Origin: an uncultured Gemmataceae bacterium
GTDB taxonomy: Bacteria; Planctomycetota; Planctomycetia; Gemmatales; Gemmataceae
Assembly: GCA_963750165.1 (NCBI GenBank)
Contig: CAVVPN010000003.1
Coordinates: 1,984,001 to 2,048,000 of the forward strand
Direction of reading: 5' to 3'
DNA: 64,000 bases
Positions 60,014 through 64,000 of the stretch are shown here, piece by piece. Positions within the stretch are counted from its first letter, which is position 1, and every line of letters begins with the position of its first letter. The position numbers were made by a program, and so were the translations under genes. Under the pieces are notes generated by a model. That model was not told the DNA's origin. It ran no database searches and worked only from the letters and a program-made list of their open reading frames with translations.

Positions 60014-60289
60014 ATGGGCAAAAACAAGCCAATCCACGAAATCCGCATCGGTCGGCTCCGGGCAGCCATTTGGCAGAACGAGACCGAGGCCGGCGTCCGC
60101 CACAACGTCACCTTCGCGAGGCTCTACAAGGACGGCGACCGGTGGAAGGACTCGGCCAGCTTCGGCCGTGACGACCTGCCGCTCTTGGAGAAGCTCGCGG
60201 ACGCGGCCCACGGGTGGCTGTATCGGGGCGGGGTCGAGCCCCAGCCCCAGGAGGAATGCAACGAGGAGCCCGACCCCGTGGCCGGGTAA
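60014..60289 (+). CDS. Paralogue of the putative ssDNA-binding protein at 53574
   Basis: EIRIGRLRAAIW...RLYK..WKDSASFGRDDL; AAGGAGG upstream. Confidence 0.75.
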   Translation: MGKNKPIHEIRIGRLRAAIWQNETEAGVRHNVTFARLYKDGDRWKDSASFGRDDLPLLEKLADAAHGWLYRGGVEPQPQEECNEEPDPVAG

Positions 60290-60593
60290 GTGGCCCGGCC
60301 TACTGTTTCCCGCTGGTCGCCGCCCCGGTTTTCGCCTGGCTGAGGAAACGCGCGCCGCGTTCGGAGTAGAGTCGCTTCCAGCCACGTTCGGCCTGCTCAA
60401 GAGTGGGCAACCCCTTGCGCTCGATCCGCGCGGTAATCGCCGGGCTGAACACCGAGTATCCCCCGCGGGTCTTCTTTCCTGGTCGCCAGGAGCATGACCG
60501 CCCACACACCAGCGACAGGTATTCTGAGCCACGCTAGGTTCAGTTCGTCGAAGAATGCGAGCTTGCCGCCCCAGAACGACAACAACGCGGCCG

Positions 60594-62807
60594 TCATCGA
60601 AGACGCTCCCGCGCTGCCTTTCCTGGCTCGCCTTTTAACTTGGAAAGGGCTTCGAGGGTTTCCCTCGACGTGCTCTGGTGAAGCGCCACAAGCAGTTTGA
60701 CTGACGGGAACCGCGACCTGGCCAGCTGGCCAAGCACGCTCGCCGGCGTCACCGCATTCTTCGCCAGCGCCTCCTGTACCTCCTTCTCGCCGTCCTGCCC
60801 CTGGCAACGTTCCGCGACCGCTTGGAGTATCTGCGCTGGGGCTTGGTCGTTCCCAGCCAGTGCTTCGGCCATCCGCCAACCCTGGCCAGGCCACTCACTC
60901 AGCGCAAGCTCCGTTAACAACCCCGCGTCCGAACAGTTCCCGGCGAGGCTCCTGCCAATCCCTGTATCGTGCCCGAACCTGCCGAGGAGCAGCCGGCCTT
61001 CATCCCCGGTAACGTCCTTCCGCTCGGCCAGGCATCCGGCCAACTCCCGCGGAGCCGCCTCGGCGATAGGCCGCCGCAGGCCGACGGGCAGGGCGGCCGA
61101 GCGGGCGAAGAGAAGGGCATTCCCGGTCACATTCTTCCCTATGCCCAGCGCGTCCATGAGGAGGTAACGCTCGGCGTCACCCACCTTCGGGTGCTCCCAC
61201 ACTTCAACGAAACCCTCTTCCGCGGCGGCCTGCAAGCCCCGTTCGGGCAGGTTCGGGTGCTTCAGGGCCACTTCGACGAGCTCCGAGTACCGGCAAGCGT
61301 CCAGAAGCAACTCCGGCGGCGTCGAGGCCGCTTCCAGCAACTCCTTCACTTCGTACACGCTCAAGCACCCGGCCCCGGCTGACTTTTCCGGGGTGCCCTC
61401 GTAGACCATGCGCTGCACCTCGTCGTCATAGCGGTACTCCAGAGGGCGGAGTTCCGGCGCCGCCGCGAAGAAAACACTCCGTGCTTTCTCGGCCAGCAGG
61501 CGGGCCTCTTCCTCCCTTCGCTCGCCGACGGCGATCCGTGCCCTCAAAGTGTCCGGCGTTTCCCGCGAGCTTTGTGCAGTCTCCAGCAGCGCCTTCGTCA
61601 GGATGTCCCCGGTCGCCTCGGCCAAAGCGTCCGGCCGTGTCAGCGCCTCCAGCAGGAGGGAGGCCATGCCCACGCCCCCCCGCGTCCCCAACTCCGCCAG
61701 CCGCGTGAAGACGTAATCGGCAAGCTTCTCCCGGTCACACGCGCCGGCACTGCGCCAGCACACGAGGCCGACAAGTCCCGCCGCCTGCAGGCACAGCTCC
61801 GCCTGGCCGGGGAAGACCCGCCACCATTTCGTCGGCACCTTGGGCACCCACACCCCAATGAGCGGCCCACTCTGGCGAACCACGGGGTGAACGCCCACCG
61901 ACCGGGCCTCCCGCGGGACCTCGACGTAATGGAACCTCAGGTGGCGCCCCGCCGGCCACAACGCGGGCTCCAGCTCCAGCAGCCGCGCCACCGACGAATC
62001 GGGGCTCTTGCCATGAAAGAGGTCCTTGCGTTCAATCACTGTCTCCACCGGCCCGGCCACCGACTGTTGCAGTTCTTGAACGACGTCGTGCTGGGGGCAC
62101 GGTGTTGCCCGGGGGTACACGCTGACCACCCCCTGAAGCCCGACCAGGGCGTACCTGTCGTCGGGCAGATGGCAAACCCGGCACAGTTCCTGGCGACCCG
62201 CCAGGCGGACCAGGGAGCCGTCCCTGGGAACGGTCGTTCGGGCAGCCACGACCTCACTCGCCGACGCGTCAGCCCGTGCAACAACCTGGTAGGGGGCAAA
62301 GACGTGAAGACTTGCCAGCGGGCCGCCGTGGAGGGGCTCGATGACGAGGCGGTCACCGTCCTTGCGCAGGACGGTCCAGGGCTTCCGGTCCCATTCGATC
62401 CGTGAGCCGCCGGGGGGGCCGTTCAACCGGCCGGCAAGGCTCTGCGTTTCCTCGTTGGTCGCCTCTCGAACGGGCGTCCCCTCACGCCAGCGAATTCGTC
62501 CGGCACCGGTGAAATCGGTCCGCACGACGACAACCCAGACCTTCGCCGACTTCAGCACGTGGTAAGTGTTCCCCTGGAACGTCACGACCTGACCCGTTCT
62601 CGGTAACATGAACTCGCCTCCTTTCCTCACATCGGTCGGGCGAAGCCTGCGGATGGTCCCGTACGTGGCGGTAGCAAGCCGCTCCTGCCATATCTCCCAG
62701 TGCGGCTTCGCGAGCTGATGCAGGCCAAGCTCTCCCGGGTGCTGGTGATGGTAGCCTCCACGAAGGATGCTGGCGAAGGGCGTCAAAACCACCGCCAGGA
62801 ACGGCAT
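60594..62807 (-). CDS. Large hypothetical protein with C-terminal LRV/HEAT-like repeats
   Basis: ALAGNDQAP, ALAKNAVTP and VALHQSTS repeats; start uncertain. Confidence 0.55.
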   Translation of the reverse strand: MPFLAVVLTPFASILRGGYHHQHPGELGLHQLAKPHWEIWQERLATATYGTIRRLRPTDVRKGGEFMLPRTGQVVTFQGNTYHVLKSAKVWVVVVRTDFTGAGRIRWREGTPVREATNEETQSLAGRLNGPPGGSRIEWDRKPWTVLRKDGDRLVIEPLHGGPLASLHVFAPYQVVARADASASEVVAARTTVPRDGSLVRLAGRQELCRVCHLPDDRYALVGLQGVVSVYPRATPCPQHDVVQELQQSVAGPVETVIERKDLFHGKSPDSSVARLLELEPALWPAGRHLRFHYVEVPREARSVGVHPVVRQSGPLIGVWVPKVPTKWWRVFPGQAELCLQAAGLVGLVCWRSAGACDREKLADYVFTRLAELGTRGGVGMASLLLEALTRPDALAEATGDILTKALLETAQSSRETPDTLRARIAVGERREEEARLLAEKARSVFFAAAPELRPLEYRYDDEVQRMVYEGTPEKSAGAGCLSVYEVKELLEAASTPPELLLDACRYSELVEVALKHPNLPERGLQAAAEEGFVEVWEHPKVGDAERYLLMDALGIGKNVTGNALLFARSAALPVGLRRPIAEAAPRELAGCLAERKDVTGDEGRLLLGRFGHDTGIGRSLAGNCSDAGLLTELALSEWPGQGWRMAEALAGNDQAPAQILQAVAERCQGQDGEKEVQEALAKNAVTPASVLGQLARSRFPSVKLLVALHQSTSRETLEALSKLKGEPGKAARERLR

Positions 62808-62876
62808 CCGCGGCGTGAGGCTGGGGGTTGGAGTCCGCCGCCTCGACTGTCCCCCAACACCTTCGGTTCATGCCGG

Positions 62877-63500
62877 TCAGGGTTCGGACAGCGCGGCCTC
62901 GAAGGCCCGCAGCGTCACCGAGATTCGGCGGCCCCGGTGCCGGCCCGACTTGGGGACCGCGTGCTTCCACACCTCGTTCGTGTCTTGCGGGAGGATGAAC
63001 ACGGTCCCCGCTGGGGCGGGGAAGTCCCGGACGCGGCGAACGGCTCCCGACCCCCGGCTCAGGCGAAACACCCGCGTCTCGCCGAACGAAACGGTGACGA
63101 TCGGCGCCCCGGCAGCCATGCCGCGGGTGCTGTCGTGGTGCGCGCCGATGTAGTGGGCCGGCCCCTCATACCAGTTGAGCAGGAGCCCGTTGAGCCTGGG
63201 ATCAACGGCCTGCCGCGCCCAGTCCCGGAGCGGCAGCAGCACCGGGGGCGCCGGCAGCGCGCGGCTCGTCTGACCGCTGAAATGGTAGTCGGCGCCGTAG
63301 GCCTGCTGCCACCGCGGGATCTCGACTTCCTTGTTGATCATGCGGATGCGGGGCTTCGTCGTCGGGTGCAGCCGCCACACCTCCTCGAAGGTGTGGTCGT
63401 CCCAGAGGAGTTCCTCGGGAAGGCAACCGCAGTAGAACGGCGAGCCATCGTCCAGGGCTTGCTCCTTGAAGCCGTTGTCCCGCCAGGTTGTTCCGGTCAT
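62877..63500 (-). CDS. AlkB-like 2OG-Fe(II) dioxygenase
   Basis: PRWQQAYG, LLNWY, GAHHD, WKHAVPK, RISVTLR. Confidence 0.88.
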   Translation of the reverse strand: MTGTTWRDNGFKEQALDDGSPFYCGCLPEELLWDDHTFEEVWRLHPTTKPRIRMINKEVEIPRWQQAYGADYHFSGQTSRALPAPPVLLPLRDWARQAVDPRLNGLLLNWYEGPAHYIGAHHDSTRGMAAGAPIVTVSFGETRVFRLSRGSGAVRRVRDFPAPAGTVFILPQDTNEVWKHAVPKSGRHRGRRISVTLRAFEAALSEP

Positions 63501-63558
63501 GCTCTGTTTCCCCAGATGATTGCATCTTCGCCCGGCACAGCCGCTCGGTCAAAGCGTC

Positions 63559-64000
63559 TCAAACGAGATCGCTCGGATCGCGCACAACAACGGCCGGCAC
63601 GCAACATTCCTGGGCCTCCTCCGACAGCACGAGCAGCGGCATCCTTACCGGCATCTCGTCCCACATGCGACCGTCCAGGGAGCGACCGGCTGCTTTCTTG
63701 TTCCGTCCGCCCCACTGTTTGAAAAAGAATGGCACCCCGGCGGTCTGACATTGGTCCCTGACGGACTGCACCCAGGCCGCCTCCATCGGCCGGGCGGAGG
63801 GACCACTCTCACCGCCGGCGATGACCCAACGGATGCCGGTCAGGTCGAGCGGCCCGAGATCCTCGAGCAACGGCTCGACGGACAGGAAGCGGACCTGGGC
63901 CGGAGTCTGCCGCAGATGCTCGATCCTCGGCACGCCGTGCCGCCTGTTCTCGACGCTCGTTCCCCACCAGACGTGTGGCATCTCAGCGAACTCGCGCAGT
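63559..64000 (-). CDS. DUF5131 (phage Gp37/Gp68) protein, C-terminal part
   Basis: WWGTSVEN, RFLSVEPLL, WVIAGGESG, FFFKQWGG. Confidence 0.9.
   Translation of the reverse strand, partial: LREFAEMPHVWWGTSVENRRHGVPRIEHLRQTPAQVRFLSVEPLLEDLGPLDLTGIRWVIAGGESGPSARPMEAAWVQSVRDQCQTAGVPFFFKQWGGRNKKAAGRSLDGRMWDEMPVRMPLLVLSEEAQECCVPAVVVRDPSDLV

Noticed and set aside
1..64000. CRISPR array, tRNA, rRNA or intact transposase
   Set aside because: None recognised by eye in the window.

Overview
GC-rich bacterial window, probably from a Planctomycete (inferred from the gene families). It has two parts. (1) About 1-45.8 kb is a mosaic, partly decayed island, almost all on the minus strand. It carries carbohydrate genes (glgP, GH94, pgm, zwf, GH144), a Rieske/cytochrome b-c3 pair, general-stress proteins, a CheB-CheR hybrid kinase and five DUF2294/MpsC-like genes, one fused to a receiver domain. 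(2) About 45.8-64 kb resembles an ICE or plasmid leading region and its cargo: RadC, two DUF932, a DNA methylase, SSB-like proteins, an IS21-like MITE, an integrase remnant, AlkB-like and DUF5131 genes. The main finding is a ~200 bp non-coding element present three times (13.3, 30.5 and 36.9 kb). Each copy has a sigma70-like promoter, a ~165 nt leader with covarying stems and a possible antiterminator, and an intrinsic terminator upstream of a gene. Two copies lie divergent from DUF2294 genes and one directly precedes a DUF2294 paralogue. This suggests an undescribed riboswitch or DUF2294-dependent antitermination system. All family calls come from motif recognition; no database searches were run.
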